Assembly (NCBI GenBank): GCA_030433275.1
Contig: JAUILK010000021.1
Span: 8,177 to 40,176 of the forward strand
From: Gammaproteobacteria bacterium
GTDB taxonomy: Bacteria; Pseudomonadota; Gammaproteobacteria; Nitrococcales; Nitrococcaceae
Direction of reading: 5' to 3'
DNA: 32,000 nucleotides
The notes beneath the pieces were generated by a model. It worked only from the letters and a program-made list of their open reading frames with translations. It searched no databases and had not been told where the DNA came from. Both the position numbers and the translations under genes were made by a program. Of this stretch, positions 9,697 to 19,632 are shown piece by piece; positions within the stretch are counted from its first letter, which is position 1; every line of letters begins with the position of its first letter.

Positions 9697-10482
9697 ATGT
9701 GGGTGGGAAAGCTAATCGGTGGTTTGCTCGGATATTGGCTAGGAGGGCTATTCGGTGCACTGTGCGGTGTACTGCTGGGGCATCTGCTCGATCGAAGTCT
9801 GGCTGCTTCCCGTTTTGTTTTGGGTGATCTCGGACGTATTCACGAAATTTTTTTTCGTTCCACGTTTGGCATTATGGGCCATGTGTGCAAGATAGACGGC
9901 CGCGTCAGCGAAGCGGAGATCGCGGCGGCCGAATCGATCATGGCTCAAATGAACCTCTCTGCGGAGCAGCGCCGTGCGGCGATCGGTTACTTTAATGCCG
10001 GCAAGCGAGCCGATTTCGACCTAGATAGAGCCTTGAGCGAGTTTCGTCGGGCTGGTCGGGGACAGATCAATCTGTTGCGGATGTTCCTGGAAATCCAGAT
10101 CCAGGCGGCCCTGGCCGATGACCGCATCGACGAGGCGGAGCGTAGTGCGTTGCTCTATATTGCCCGGGGGCTCGGCCTGCAGGAAAGTGAGTGTGCTCGT
10201 TTGGAGGCTTTTCTGGCGGGCAGCTATCAACGTGCCTATGCAAATCCGCCAGGCGGTGCTCGGAGCGATGGGCTTGCGGATGCGTACTGCACATTGGGCA
10301 TCAGCCCAAGCAACAGTGATTCCGAGGTAAAAAAAGCCTATCGACGGCTGATGAATCAACATCATCCGGACAAGTTGGTTGCGCGCGGTTTACCCGAGGC
10401 GATGATCAAGATGGCACAGCAACGCACCCAGGAGATACGGGCCGCTTATGATTCCATCAAGCGGGCTCGCGCCATGAGATAG
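9697..10482 (+). CDS. djlA: Co-chaperone DjlA (membrane anchor, TerB-like domain, C-terminal J domain)
   Basis: The N-terminus MWVGKLIGGLLGYWLGGLFGALCGVLLGHLLD resembles the DjlA membrane anchor. The central region has a TerB-like ADG/ADD repeat pattern. The J domain is YCTLGISPSNSDSEVKKAYRRLMNQHHPDKL. The ORF track starts 27 nt earlier, at 9670. Confidence 0.8.
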   Translation: MWVGKLIGGLLGYWLGGLFGALCGVLLGHLLDRSLAASRFVLGDLGRIHEIFFRSTFGIMGHVCKIDGRVSEAEIAAAESIMAQMNLSAEQRRAAIGYFNAGKRADFDLDRALSEFRRAGRGQINLLRMFLEIQIQAALADDRIDEAERSALLYIARGLGLQESECARLEAFLAGSYQRAYANPPGGARSDGLADAYCTLGISPSNSDSEVKKAYRRLMNQHHPDKLVARGLPEAMIKMAQQRTQEIRAAYDSIKRARAMR

Positions 10483-10544
10483 CCGTCGAACCTTGTTGTA
10501 GGGTACTCCGATCGCCGCGCGGGCGCCGAATCAATCAATCCGAA

Positions 10545-11972
10545 TCAGCGCTGATAACGGGCTTGGTAACTCATTGTGGCTGTGCCGGTTGCAGGTACAG
10601 CAACCGTCCATTGGGCGACTGTGGACGATACGCGTTTGTGCGGTGCGCTTTGTTGCACGATCTCCCAGTCACCGAGCAGGCGCTCGCGGAGTTGCACTGT
10701 GACCGATTCTGCCCCGGCGTTGTGCAGTTCGATGCGCCAACCGACTTCGTAGTGATCTTTGCCCAGGCGCCGTAACAGCGCACGTGTGCGATGGGCGGTG
10801 ATATCAAAAGCCGTGCCGAGGACGAGTTCCAGCGGCTTGCCGGCAGGCGTATGGTCGATCCGGTCGGCCCCCAGATAACGCGGCTCGCCATCTGTGCCCA
10901 CCTCTCTTATACGCACCGTGCCGGCTGGAAGCGCAAGTGGGTGTTCTGCAGTGGCGGTATCCACATGCAGGCGTACTCGAACGGGCGTTTCACCGCCACT
11001 ATCGGTGGCGCTTCCGGTAACCCGATAGCGACGCTGTACCGCCAAGCCTTCGGCTCGGAACAATTTCAGGCTCAGGGCGGTGGAATCGGGCAGACTCACC
11101 GGCTGATTTAGGCGGTATAAATGCCATGCGAATGCCGGTTCGACTGCGCTCGCCTCGGCCGAGGGGGGCATGCGCTGCGCTTTCATTATGGCGGGGCTGA
11201 CCCCGTTGGAGCGGGCAATATTCCCGGCGATCAGGCGCACCTTGGCGTTCGGGTAGTTTCCGCCACTGTGGTTGACAATCTGTGCGAAACCCTCTAATCG
11301 AAGCCGCGTAGCCTGCAGTTCAGCCCAATAGTTCATTTGCCAGCCGAGGCCGTCGCTTAGATAAATTAGATCGAGCTTGTGGTGGCCATCTATAGCGTCC
11401 GATAGTCGCAAATCAAGTGCGGGCGCGGCCACATCGACACGCGGATTCAGCGGCAAGGCAATGCGCCAGGGTGCCTCGGGTCCACCGATTTCCAGCCGCT
11501 TGCCGATCCGAACGATCGGATTACCTTCCTCGGCGCTGATGAGCACCCCTCTGCGTGGTTGGCCTTTTTCTCCGGTGCGGGGCATAAGCAGAACCGTGTG
11601 GCCTTGATAAGCTTGCAATAGCGTGCTGGGGGTCCACTGCGCGTTGTGAAACCGTTGCTGCTGGACATGAACAGCTGAGTCCAGGGTAACGGCCAGTGTA
11701 TCCGGCTGTAGACGCGTCGGTAGATCGAAGAGTGTAAGCTGTTTACAGGCCGGAGAGAGGGAGAGTTCTCGAGCGTCGTGGACTAGGCTCAGGCGATTTT
11801 GATAAATCGTTAGGGTTAGTGCGCGGCGGTTTTCGGTAGCGTTATGAGCGGTCGTGGTTGCAATCGGTTGCAGGATCGTGCAGTCGACAGGCAGCGAGCG
11901 AGCCGTCGCTGTCCCCATTGCACTGGCAGCAGTCAGGGCGAACACCAGAAATGGTCGGTAACTTCCGTGCAA
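10545..11972 (-). CDS. Secreted DUF4140/DUF4139-domain protein (MuiA-like family), function unknown
   Basis: 475 aa with a signal peptide (FLVFALTAASAMGTATA). The N-terminal pattern is LTLTIYQNRLSLVHDARELSL...LFDLPTRLQPDTLAV. The C-terminal pattern LPAGTVRIREVGTDGEPRYLGADRIDHTPAGKPLELVLGTAFDITAHR matches what I recall for DUF4139 proteins. The family assignment is from memory and was not searched. Confidence 0.6.
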   Translation of the reverse strand: MHGSYRPFLVFALTAASAMGTATARSLPVDCTILQPIATTTAHNATENRRALTLTIYQNRLSLVHDARELSLSPACKQLTLFDLPTRLQPDTLAVTLDSAVHVQQQRFHNAQWTPSTLLQAYQGHTVLLMPRTGEKGQPRRGVLISAEEGNPIVRIGKRLEIGGPEAPWRIALPLNPRVDVAAPALDLRLSDAIDGHHKLDLIYLSDGLGWQMNYWAELQATRLRLEGFAQIVNHSGGNYPNAKVRLIAGNIARSNGVSPAIMKAQRMPPSAEASAVEPAFAWHLYRLNQPVSLPDSTALSLKLFRAEGLAVQRRYRVTGSATDSGGETPVRVRLHVDTATAEHPLALPAGTVRIREVGTDGEPRYLGADRIDHTPAGKPLELVLGTAFDITAHRTRALLRRLGKDHYEVGWRIELHNAGAESVTVQLRERLLGDWEIVQQSAPHKRVSSTVAQWTVAVPATGTATMSYQARYQR

Positions 11973-12035
11973 TGCGGCCTCCCCCTTGAAGCTAAAGGTT
12001 TAGTGTGGCGCACCACCGAAAGGATGGCGCTTCGA

Positions 12036-12749
12036 TCATGTGTTTGGCCGTCGTGTGCGTAACAGCTGCGCTTTAGCCGCATTGAGGCGCGCAGCGAGGT
12101 AATTGGAACCGCCCCGGTCCGGGTGCAGCCGTTGTATCAGTCGCCGGTGGGCGGCCACAATTTGTGCGCGGTCGGCGCCATTCGCAAGCCCGAGCATGGC
12201 GTGCGCTTGGCTATCCGACAAGGTACCGCCGCCGGGATCGTAGCTTGTGTTCTCAGTACCCCAGTCGGCTCCATTAGCCTGCCAGCCTGTATGAGTTTGA
12301 TCGAGGTAGGCGGCCAAGAGTGCTGCCGTTTCCTCGTCGAGTGCTAGGTAGGCGTTGTGCAGTACCTGCAATTCATTCAGTGCAAGTTCGCTCAACCGGC
12401 GGCCCTGCTGACGGCTTTCTAGGATTGTGCCGTCGATGCGCCCGTTACGCGGATCGATAGTAAGCACTAAATTTTTCGTTTGCAGGTAACCACAGCCTTC
12501 TGTTTGGGGGCGCGCGCCTTTAGTCGGGCCATTCAGTTTAGCGAGCAGTCGACGCCCTAGCAGGGCGGCGCCGAGGAGGAGCCCGAGTATCCAGTGCAGG
12601 CGCCCGGTCGCAACCAGCAGAGCAAGCAAGCTCAGGCCGACGTAGCCCAGTAGTCGTGGTAAACGCCGCCGCAGCACGGTGCGAGCCTCGGTGGAGAGCC
12701 AGAGGACGAAGGCGGTGATTATGGCGGTGAGCAGGAGCAGTTGAATCAT
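12036..12749 (-). CDS. Membrane-anchored J-domain (DnaJ-like) protein, 237 aa
   Basis: The internal ATG at 12749 gives MIQLLLLTAIITAFVLWL, followed by a second hydrophobic helix. The C-terminal J domain is AHAMLGLANGADRAQIVAAHRRLIQRLHPDRGGS, with the HPD motif. The 63 upstream residues in the ORF track (to 12938) do not look like protein. Confidence 0.65.
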   Translation of the reverse strand: MIQLLLLTAIITAFVLWLSTEARTVLRRRLPRLLGYVGLSLLALLVATGRLHWILGLLLGAALLGRRLLAKLNGPTKGARPQTEGCGYLQTKNLVLTIDPRNGRIDGTILESRQQGRRLSELALNELQVLHNAYLALDEETAALLAAYLDQTHTGWQANGADWGTENTSYDPGGGTLSDSQAHAMLGLANGADRAQIVAAHRRLIQRLHPDRGGSNYLAARLNAAKAQLLRTRRPNT

Positions 12750-13134
12750 TGACACGCACCGATAAAGCCGCGCACCCGGAAAATGGAACAGGGCCGCCGG
12801 GAAAGCGGCTATGCGAGGCTGGCAGCCGCAGAGAAACTTGGTGTGGACTATACGAGATAGCGTGTGGTTGGGTCGATCCGCCGCCTGCCGCGGCGGGCGT
12901 ACCGCCACCTTTACCACCATGGCGAGGATCAGTGTCATTCGGCGCCTATTAGGCCAGGCATATCGGGAATACGCTTAGCGTTTTTCGTTAATTTTCCTAC
13001 GCGCAGTCTATGGAGCGAGCATTGAATTCTATATGCACGACTCATGGTGTGCGGGTGCCGCTGAATCGGGCATGATTGTCCCGCGATGGCCATCTACTCA
13101 ATCCGTGCATCTCTAATATTTGAGTGCATGATGC

Positions 13135-13146
13135 GGATTGCAATCC
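13135..13146. promoter_or_regulatory. Perfect 12-bp palindrome GGATTGCAATCC in the long non-coding region upstream of sqs; possible operator
   Basis: Read directly from the sequence. The palindrome lies inside a 7-bp inverted repeat, GTGCATG (13124-13130) and CATGCAC (13167-13173). It is about 250 bp upstream of the sqs ATG. No regulator is assigned. Confidence 0.25.
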
Positions 13147-13398
13147 GAAAGGTGAGTATTGCGATCCATGCACGCATATTGCTGTCCCGCACGGCGCGGC
13201 TCATTTGCCAGCGCCCGGCGTGCAGCTTACACTCCTTACGGCTGGCTCAGGGTTGGATTGAATAATTTGGGTAATCCACGAACGGGGCGTTCGACCAGTG
13301 ATGGTGAGCGGATTCTAGGACACGGCAGGCGAGTAAGCGCGCCGAACTTTTCGTCGCTCGTCTGCTCTGCAGTATCACGGAGTGAAAAAAAGCCTAAT

Positions 13399-14484
13399 AT
13401 GCAAGCCAGCGACCAGCAAGCTCCGCCGGATAAGGGCGCCGTGGTTTCTCAGCAGCAGATGCTGCCCGGTGTCTCGCGCACGTTTGCTCTTACCATTCCG
13501 CAACTTCCCGAGCCGCTGCGAACCTCGGTCACCAATGCTTATCTGCTATGCCGGGTTGCGGATACGATCGAGGATGAACCCGCTCTGAGCGCTCGGCAGA
13601 AACAGACTTTTCATGATCGATTTCACGCTATCGTTGCGGGGGGGGAGGAATCGCCCAGCTGTTTCGCAGCTGATCTCTATCCTCTGCTGTCGAAGGCGAC
13701 GTTGGCCGATGAGCGCGAGCTCATCCGGCAGCTGCCCGGGGTGATCGCGATTACCCATTCGTTGCCGATGAAGGAGCGGGCTGCTCTGGAGCGGTGTGTG
13801 CGGATCATGTGCGAAGGAATGCCCTGGTTTCAGCGTAATCGGCGGCAGGGCGGACTCGACGACATATTCGAGTTCGAGCGTTACTGCTATTACGTTGCCG
13901 GCGTGGTCGGAGAGATGCTGACAGAGTTGTTTTGCCAATATTCCACCGACATTTCCCGGCAACGAGAGCGGTTGCATGCCCTGAGTGTTTCGTTCGGGGC
14001 GGGCCTGCAAATGACCAATATACTCAAGGACGTATGGGAGGATCATCGGCGAGGTGCGTGCTGGTTGCCCCGCGATGTTTTCCAGCAGTTTGGGTTCGAG
14101 CTGAGCGATTTGAGCGAAGCGCATTATGATCCGGCCTTCGGTGCCGGGATTCGGGAGTTGGTGGCGCGGGCTCATGGTCATCTTCGCAACGCATTGGCCT
14201 ACGTACAATTGCTTCCTCCGGGCGAAGTTGGAATACGGCGATTCTGTCTGTGGGCTCTGGCGATGGCGGCGCTTACCCTGCAGCGGTTGAATGCCAATCC
14301 CGCTTATCGTTCGGGCAGTGAGGTGAAGATATCGCGCCGCGCCGTTCGTACGACGGTGCTGAGCTTCGGCTTGGCGGCCGGGCGGGATACCATGCTGCGG
14401 TGCCTCTTCGACTGGGCGGCCCGCGGATTGCCATTACGCAGTGTGGACTGCACGGGGGTGGAACATAGGCAGGTCAGGGTGTGA
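13399..14484 (+). CDS. sqs: Squalene synthase (farnesyl-diphosphate farnesyltransferase, single-enzyme Sqs type)
   Basis: The ATG at 13399 gives 361 aa. VSRTFALTIPQLPEPLRTSVTNAYLLCRVADTIEDE carries the first Asp-rich motif. YCYYVAGVVGEMLTELF and GLQMTNILKDVWEDHRRGACWLP carry the second. This resembles eukaryote-type and Methylococcus-type Sqs rather than the shorter HpnC/HpnD. The 80 upstream codons in the ORF track look non-coding. Confidence 0.85.
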   Translation: MQASDQQAPPDKGAVVSQQQMLPGVSRTFALTIPQLPEPLRTSVTNAYLLCRVADTIEDEPALSARQKQTFHDRFHAIVAGGEESPSCFAADLYPLLSKATLADERELIRQLPGVIAITHSLPMKERAALERCVRIMCEGMPWFQRNRRQGGLDDIFEFERYCYYVAGVVGEMLTELFCQYSTDISRQRERLHALSVSFGAGLQMTNILKDVWEDHRRGACWLPRDVFQQFGFELSDLSEAHYDPAFGAGIRELVARAHGHLRNALAYVQLLPPGEVGIRRFCLWALAMAALTLQRLNANPAYRSGSEVKISRRAVRTTVLSFGLAAGRDTMLRCLFDWAARGLPLRSVDCTGVEHRQVRV

Positions 14485-14544
14485 CCTGCTCTTTCCCATG
14501 ATCGCCTGCGCCTGGCTCCGGCGTGTCTATAGTTGGAGAACTGT

Positions 14545-16512
14545 ATGAGATCAATGGAGCAACAGCCCGAGCTACTCTCGGCCGGGATCGGGGGTGTCGC
14601 CTATCCATGGGATCTTGGCGCGCAAACGGTCGAAGAGGCGATTCTTTCGGCTCGCGCAGCCTTGATGGCTCGTATGCATCCGGACGGTTATTGGTGTTTT
14701 GAGCTTGAAGCCGATTGCACCATTCCGGCCGAGTACATCATGATGATGCATTACACCGGAGAAATCGAGGCGGCTCTGGAGCTGAAGCTGGCACGCTATA
14801 TCCGCGAACGTCAGCTCATGGAAGGCGGTTGGCCGCTCTACTACGGTGGTGCTATAGACATCAGTTGCTCGGTGAAGGCGTATTTCGCCTTGAAGCTGGC
14901 GGGAGATGATCCCGACGCGGCGCACATGCGCCGGGCACGCAAGGCGGTTCTTGAGCGCGGCGGCGCGGTTAACGCCAATGTGTTCACGCACATCGCTCTG
15001 GCCCTTTTTGGCGAAATCCCCTGGCGCGGTGTGCCATTCATGCCGCCTGAGATTCTGCTTTTACCCCGCTGGTTTCCATTTCATCTGAGCAAGGTCTCTT
15101 ATTGGTCGCGCACGGTGATGGTGCCTTTGTTCATTCTGGCCGCGTACAAGCCGCGCGCGCGCAATCCGCGCGCTATACACATCGGTGAGCTCTTCGTTAC
15201 CGATCCGCAGCTTGAAACCGATTATTTTAAGGCACGTTCCCGCCTCAACCGCTTGTTCATCACCCTCGATGCGGTGGGACGGCGTATCGAGCCACTCATT
15301 CCCCGGTCGGTGCGTGCCAAGGCGTTACGCCGGGCCGCCGAGTGGTTTATCGCGCGTCTCAACGGAGAGCACGGCTTGGGTGCGATTTTCCCGGCCATGG
15401 TCAACTCTTACGAGGCGCTCGAGCTGTTGGGATATGCAGCCGATCATCCCCTTCGGCAGCAGGTTCGCAAGGGGCTGCGCGATTTGGTGGTTGAACAAGC
15501 CGATCGCGCCTACTGCCAGCCCTGTTTATCCCCGATTTGGGATACCGCGCTGGCTTGTCTCGCCCTGCAGGAAGCTGACCGTGGCAGCAGTTGCGTGCAG
15601 GCCCGCCGCGCTCTGGATTGGTTGCAGGCCCGTCAGCTGTTGAACACACCGGGAGACTGGTCCGAACAGCACCCGAGCCTTCCGGGTGGAGGTTGGCCGT
15701 TCCAATTTCGCAACGATCATTACCCGGATTTGGATGATACTGCTATTGTAGCCTGGGCTATGCAACGCGCCTCGAACAGCGAGCGCTATGGCGAGTCCGT
15801 GCGCCGAGCGACGGTTTGGCTGCTCGGTATGCAATCCGCCAACGGCGGCTTTGCGGCATTCGATTCTGACAATACGCGGTATTATCTCAACGAAATTCCG
15901 TTCGCCGACCATGGCGCTTTGCTTGATCCTCCGACGAGCGATGTGACTGCCCGCGTAGTGGCATTGTTCGGTAGCTTGAATGGGCAACTGCGCGATCGCA
16001 GTGCTTTGGATCGCGCTATTGCGTTTTTGCGTCGTGAGCAGGAACCCGAAGGTTGTTGGTACGGGCGTTGGGGTACCAATTATATCTACGGTACGTGGTC
16101 GGTTCTGACCGCGCTTGAGCAACTCGGCTGCGATTTAAATGCGCCCTGGGTGCGTAAGGCCGTGGCTTGGTTGAAAAGTGTGCAGCGAGATGACGGTGGG
16201 TGGGGAGAGAGCAACGATACCTATCTGGACCACCGGAATTGGGAGGGGCAAGCGGCCGAAAGCACACCGTTTCAGACGGCTTGGGCGGTGCTGGCGCTCA
16301 TTGCCGCCGGGGAATGTCGCTCGCCCGAAGTGTGGCGGGGGGTCGAGTACCTGCTGCGCCACCAGCGCTCGGACGGGCTTTGGCGCTGCCCTTGGTTTAC
16401 AGCGCCGGGATTTCCGCGAGTCTTTTACCTCAAATATCATGGCTATGATGCGTATTTCCCGCTGATGGCGTTGGCGCGCTATCGAAACTGTGTTTTGGAC
16501 AATAGGGCATGA
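14545..16512 (+). CDS. shc: Squalene-hopene cyclase
   Basis: It has the catalytic DxDD motif (DLDDTA, nt 15727-15738) and repeated QW-type motifs (e.g. RREQEPEGCWYGRWG, QRDDGGWGES, QRSDGLW). The ATG at 14545 has GGAGA 5 nt upstream. The ORF track starts at TTG 14533. Confidence 0.95.
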   Translation: MRSMEQQPELLSAGIGGVAYPWDLGAQTVEEAILSARAALMARMHPDGYWCFELEADCTIPAEYIMMMHYTGEIEAALELKLARYIRERQLMEGGWPLYYGGAIDISCSVKAYFALKLAGDDPDAAHMRRARKAVLERGGAVNANVFTHIALALFGEIPWRGVPFMPPEILLLPRWFPFHLSKVSYWSRTVMVPLFILAAYKPRARNPRAIHIGELFVTDPQLETDYFKARSRLNRLFITLDAVGRRIEPLIPRSVRAKALRRAAEWFIARLNGEHGLGAIFPAMVNSYEALELLGYAADHPLRQQVRKGLRDLVVEQADRAYCQPCLSPIWDTALACLALQEADRGSSCVQARRALDWLQARQLLNTPGDWSEQHPSLPGGGWPFQFRNDHYPDLDDTAIVAWAMQRASNSERYGESVRRATVWLLGMQSANGGFAAFDSDNTRYYLNEIPFADHGALLDPPTSDVTARVVALFGSLNGQLRDRSALDRAIAFLRREQEPEGCWYGRWGTNYIYGTWSVLTALEQLGCDLNAPWVRKAVAWLKSVQRDDGGWGESNDTYLDHRNWEGQAAESTPFQTAWAVLALIAAGECRSPEVWRGVEYLLRHQRSDGLWRCPWFTAPGFPRVFYLKYHGYDAYFPLMALARYRNCVLDNRA

Positions 16513-17258
16513 GTCGCATCGGCATAGTGAGCGCCTTGGCAGTCGAAGCCCGCTGTCTGCAGGGTCGCCGCGGTTTGCTCGGGTGGCGGAATGCGCTGCC
16601 CGCCGAGGCCGTTCTGGGGGTGTCTGGCCCCGGAGCTCTATGCGCACAGCACATGGCCGAGCAATTGGTGGCGCAAGGCGCTACGGAATTGGTCAGTTGG
16701 GGATTGGCGGGTGGTTTGGGCCCGGAGATTGCCCCTGGCACGTTGATCGCCGCTGATCGGGTAGTGGTTGCTAGCGGCGGTGCTGGCTATGCTACCGACC
16801 CAAGTTGGCGGCAACGCTTACTCTCGGCTCTCCCACGACGGGTGGAGGTGGTCGAAGCACCGTTGTTTGCGAGTGAGAGCATCGCTGCAACTTCTGCGGA
16901 TAAGGCCGCATTGTGGCGCCGTTATGCGGCGGTTGCCGTAGATATGGAAAGCGGTGCCATTGCTTGCGTGGCAAGTCGGCATCGATTGCCGTTATTGGTG
17001 CTGCGAGTTGTGGTAGATCCGGCTGATATGGCGCTGCCCTCAGCACTTGCCAATCTCATGGCTCGCGATGGTGGAGTGCGTCTATCTCGCCTGGTTGGCC
17101 TCCTGATCCGCCGGCCGAGCGTACTTTGGCCCTTGCTCGGGCTTGCTTGGAATGCTCGGATCGCCACTTCGACCTTGCGGCGGGTCGGGCCAATGGTGAC
17201 GGATCGCGGTGTTTGGCCCCCAGCTGCCGCTGAGGGCAATCTCTCATTACTCCCTTGA
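16509..17258 (+). CDS. hpnG: Hopanoid-associated nucleosidase/phosphorylase HpnG (PNP/UDP_1 family)
   Basis: Its start overlaps the shc stop (ATGA at 16509-16512). The protein is MSRIGIVSALAVEARCL...VSWGLAGGL...AVAVDMESGAIA, a nucleoside phosphorylase fold. Its position right after shc is typical of hpnG. Confidence 0.75.
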   Translation: MSRIGIVSALAVEARCLQGRRGLLGWRNALPAEAVLGVSGPGALCAQHMAEQLVAQGATELVSWGLAGGLGPEIAPGTLIAADRVVVASGGAGYATDPSWRQRLLSALPRRVEVVEAPLFASESIAATSADKAALWRRYAAVAVDMESGAIACVASRHRLPLLVLRVVVDPADMALPSALANLMARDGGVRLSRLVGLLIRRPSVLWPLLGLAWNARIATSTLRRVGPMVTDRGVWPPAAAEGNLSLLP

Positions 17259-17329
17259 TTCTGCTCTATGAGCTCCTGACTACTGCCAGCTGTTTTTTTA
17301 CATTGTCGAGCAGCGGTAGTGAGCGCCCC

Positions 17330-19279
17330 TTACGGCTTTGCCGCTGATTGATTTTGGGCGTCTGAGCCGATTTTTGCCGGACCGTGTATCCGTTGTTTGC
17401 GGCAGGATCGTGTGCCGACTATGTGCTGTACTCGGCCATCGTTTTGCAGTGTGGCCAGAATGCCGTTGGCATCGAGCCCGGTATCTGCTAGCTGCTCTTC
17501 TTGGCTACCGTGCTCGATAAAGCGATCGGGCTGCCCGATCTGAAGCAACGGGATACTGATCCTTTCTTTGGCCAAAGCCTCGCCGACGGCACTGCCCGCG
17601 CCCCCAGCGACAGCATTGTCTTCGACGGTTACGATGAATTCGTGACTGGTGGCGAGTTCGACGAGCAGCTTCCTATCCAACGGCTTTACGAAGCGCATAT
17701 TGACTACGGTTGCCCCCAAGCGCTCGCCTACCTCTAGACACGCCGATAGGAGCGTGCCGAAGGCTAGGATAGCAATACCTGAACCCGATTGGCATATCTG
17801 CGCCTTGCCGATCGGCAAGGCGCGCATTTCTGGGTCGACTGCCACACCGGCCCCTTTACCGCGTGGGTAGCGTACGGCCGCCGGACCGTCGAGGAGGAAA
17901 CCGGTATAAAGCATCTGTCGACACTCGTTTTCGTCGGCCGGCGCCATAATGACCATGTTCGGCACGCAGCGCATGAAGCTCAGGTCGAAGGTGCCTTGGT
18001 GGGTCGCGCCATCGGCGCCTACCGCGCCGGCGCGGTCCACTGCAAAGAGTACCGGTAGATTTTGCAGAGCCACATCGTGGATGAGCTGATCATAGGCCCG
18101 TTGCAAGAAGGTAGAATAAATAGCCACCACGGGCTTCAGGCCATCGGCGGCCATGCCAGCGGCAAGCGTTACGCTGTGTTGCTCGGCTATGGCGGTGTCG
18201 AAGTAACGTTCCGGGAAGCGCTCGGAAAAGCCCACCAACCCTGAGCCCTCACGCATTGCAGGGGTAATGGCCACCAAGCGCTGATCATGGCGTGCCATGT
18301 CGCAGAGCCAGTCGCCAAATACTTGGCTGTAGGTAGGAATTGCAGGGGGGGTGCTCGACTTGCGTATTCCAATTTTGGGGTCGAATGGCGAGACACCGTG
18401 ATACTGGATCTGATCGGCCTCCGCCGGTGGGTAGCCTTTGCCTTTGCGAGTCACCACGTGCAGCAGCCGCGGTCCTTGTTGAAAGCGCAGATTGCGCAGC
18501 GTGTGGATCAGCGTTGGCATATGGTGTCCGTCGACCGGCCCAAAGTAGCGAAAGCCGAGTTCTTCGAACAATGTACCGGGCACGACCAATCCTTTGGTAT
18601 GTGTTTCGACCCGTTTAGCGAGCTCCCACATCGGCGGTACCGTTTGCAGGATACGTTTGCCGCTTTCGCGCAGGGCTGTGTACTGCCGGCTTGAGGCGCA
18701 GCGGGCAAGATAGTTGCTCAGGCCGCCGACGTTACGCGAAATGGACATCTCGTTGTCGTTGAGGATCACCAGTAAATCTGGGTGCCGATCACCCGCATGG
18801 TTGAGGGCTTCATAAGCCATTCCGCAGGTCATACCCCCATCGCCGATCACCGCCACGGCTCGTCGTTGCGAGTTTTGCCGTGCGGCGGCGAGTGCCATGC
18901 CGAGCGCTGCGCCGATCGCAGTGCCGGCATGACCCACGGCGAACGTATCATACGGGCTTTCGTCGCGATGCGGGAAAGGTGCCAAGCCGCCGTGCTTGCG
19001 GATGGTGTGCAGCTGTTCCCGCCGACCGGTCAGAATCTTGTGTGGATAGGCTTGATGACCAACATCCCATACTAGGCGGTCTTCCGGCGTTTCGAATACG
19101 TAATGTAGCGCGATTGTCAGTTCTACGGCACCGAGCCCGGCGCCGAGGTGGCCACCGTTACCGGAGACCGTCTCCAGCAAAAATTCCCGTAGCTCCCGTG
19201 CGAGAACCGGTAACTGCGCTTCGGGCAATTGCCGAAGGTCCTCGGGATACCTCACGGATTCCAGCAGGGAGCGTGCCAT
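17330..19279 (-). CDS. dxs: 1-deoxy-D-xylulose-5-phosphate synthase
   Basis: The ATG at 19279 gives [18 protein letters not shown], a typical Dxs N-terminus. It has [19 protein letters not shown] and the TPP-binding [18 protein letters not shown]. The ORF track adds 17 N-terminal residues. A tail of about 35 residues follows the usual Dxs C-terminus. Confidence 0.94.
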   Translation of the reverse strand: MARSLLESVRYPEDLRQLPEAQLPVLARELREFLLETVSGNGGHLGAGLGAVELTIALHYVFETPEDRLVWDVGHQAYPHKILTGRREQLHTIRKHGGLAPFPHRDESPYDTFAVGHAGTAIGAALGMALAAARQNSQRRAVAVIGDGGMTCGMAYEALNHAGDRHPDLLVILNDNEMSISRNVGGLSNYLARCASSRQYTALRESGKRILQTVPPMWELAKRVETHTKGLVVPGTLFEELGFRYFGPVDGHHMPTLIHTLRNLRFQQGPRLLHVVTRKGKGYPPAEADQIQYHGVSPFDPKIGIRKSSTPPAIPTYSQVFGDWLCDMARHDQRLVAITPAMREGSGLVGFSERFPERYFDTAIAEQHSVTLAAGMAADGLKPVVAIYSTFLQRAYDQLIHDVALQNLPVLFAVDRAGAVGADGATHQGTFDLSFMRCVPNMVIMAPADENECRQMLYTGFLLDGPAAVRYPRGKGAGVAVDPEMRALPIGKAQICQSGSGIAILAFGTLLSACLEVGERLGATVVNMRFVKPLDRKLLVELATSHEFIVTVEDNAVAGGAGSAVGEALAKERISIPLLQIGQPDRFIEHGSQEEQLADTGLDANGILATLQNDGRVQHIVGTRSCRKQRIHGPAKIGSDAQNQSAAKP

Positions 19280-19632
19280 AGCGAACACCTTTCCATACTC
19301 AGCGGTTGACCTTGATCGTTTCTTAAGCATTCATTGTGACTGCGGTTGTGATGAACAGCCACCATCAGTTTAATCGGCCGTATGCCACCGGCCACGAATC
19401 GAGCTGCTCTACAGAGACATAGAAAATCGACTTCATCTGTCAACTTAGGCTTGAATGATCGAGCGGTCTAGTGCTAAACGTGACACAACGCGCACGGCTT
19501 GTGGTTTTTGGGCATTGTACCCTCCGTTGCGCAGACGAGTCGCTGGGACGCAAAATTACCACAGTCCCGCCGCTATGAGTGTGGCGAATTGCCGACAAAC
19601 TGCCTGACCCAGTACTGAGCCGTGGATATGCA

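Noticed and set aside
9527-9760. N-terminal extensions offered by the ORF track for several genes: 8888..9760, 12036..12938, 13159..14484, 17330..19330, 19579..20553, 30614..31090 and 4150..4806.
   Set aside because: The extended parts are low-complexity (Pro/Arg/His-rich) or overlap neighbouring genes. Internal ATG/GTG codons with Shine-Dalgarno-like sequences give N-termini and lengths that match the expected families.
17293-17299. T7 run in the 71-bp convergent gap between hpnG and dxs, considered as a terminator.
   Set aside because: I could not find a convincing GC-rich stem immediately upstream. There is only the self-complementary hexamer CAGCTG.
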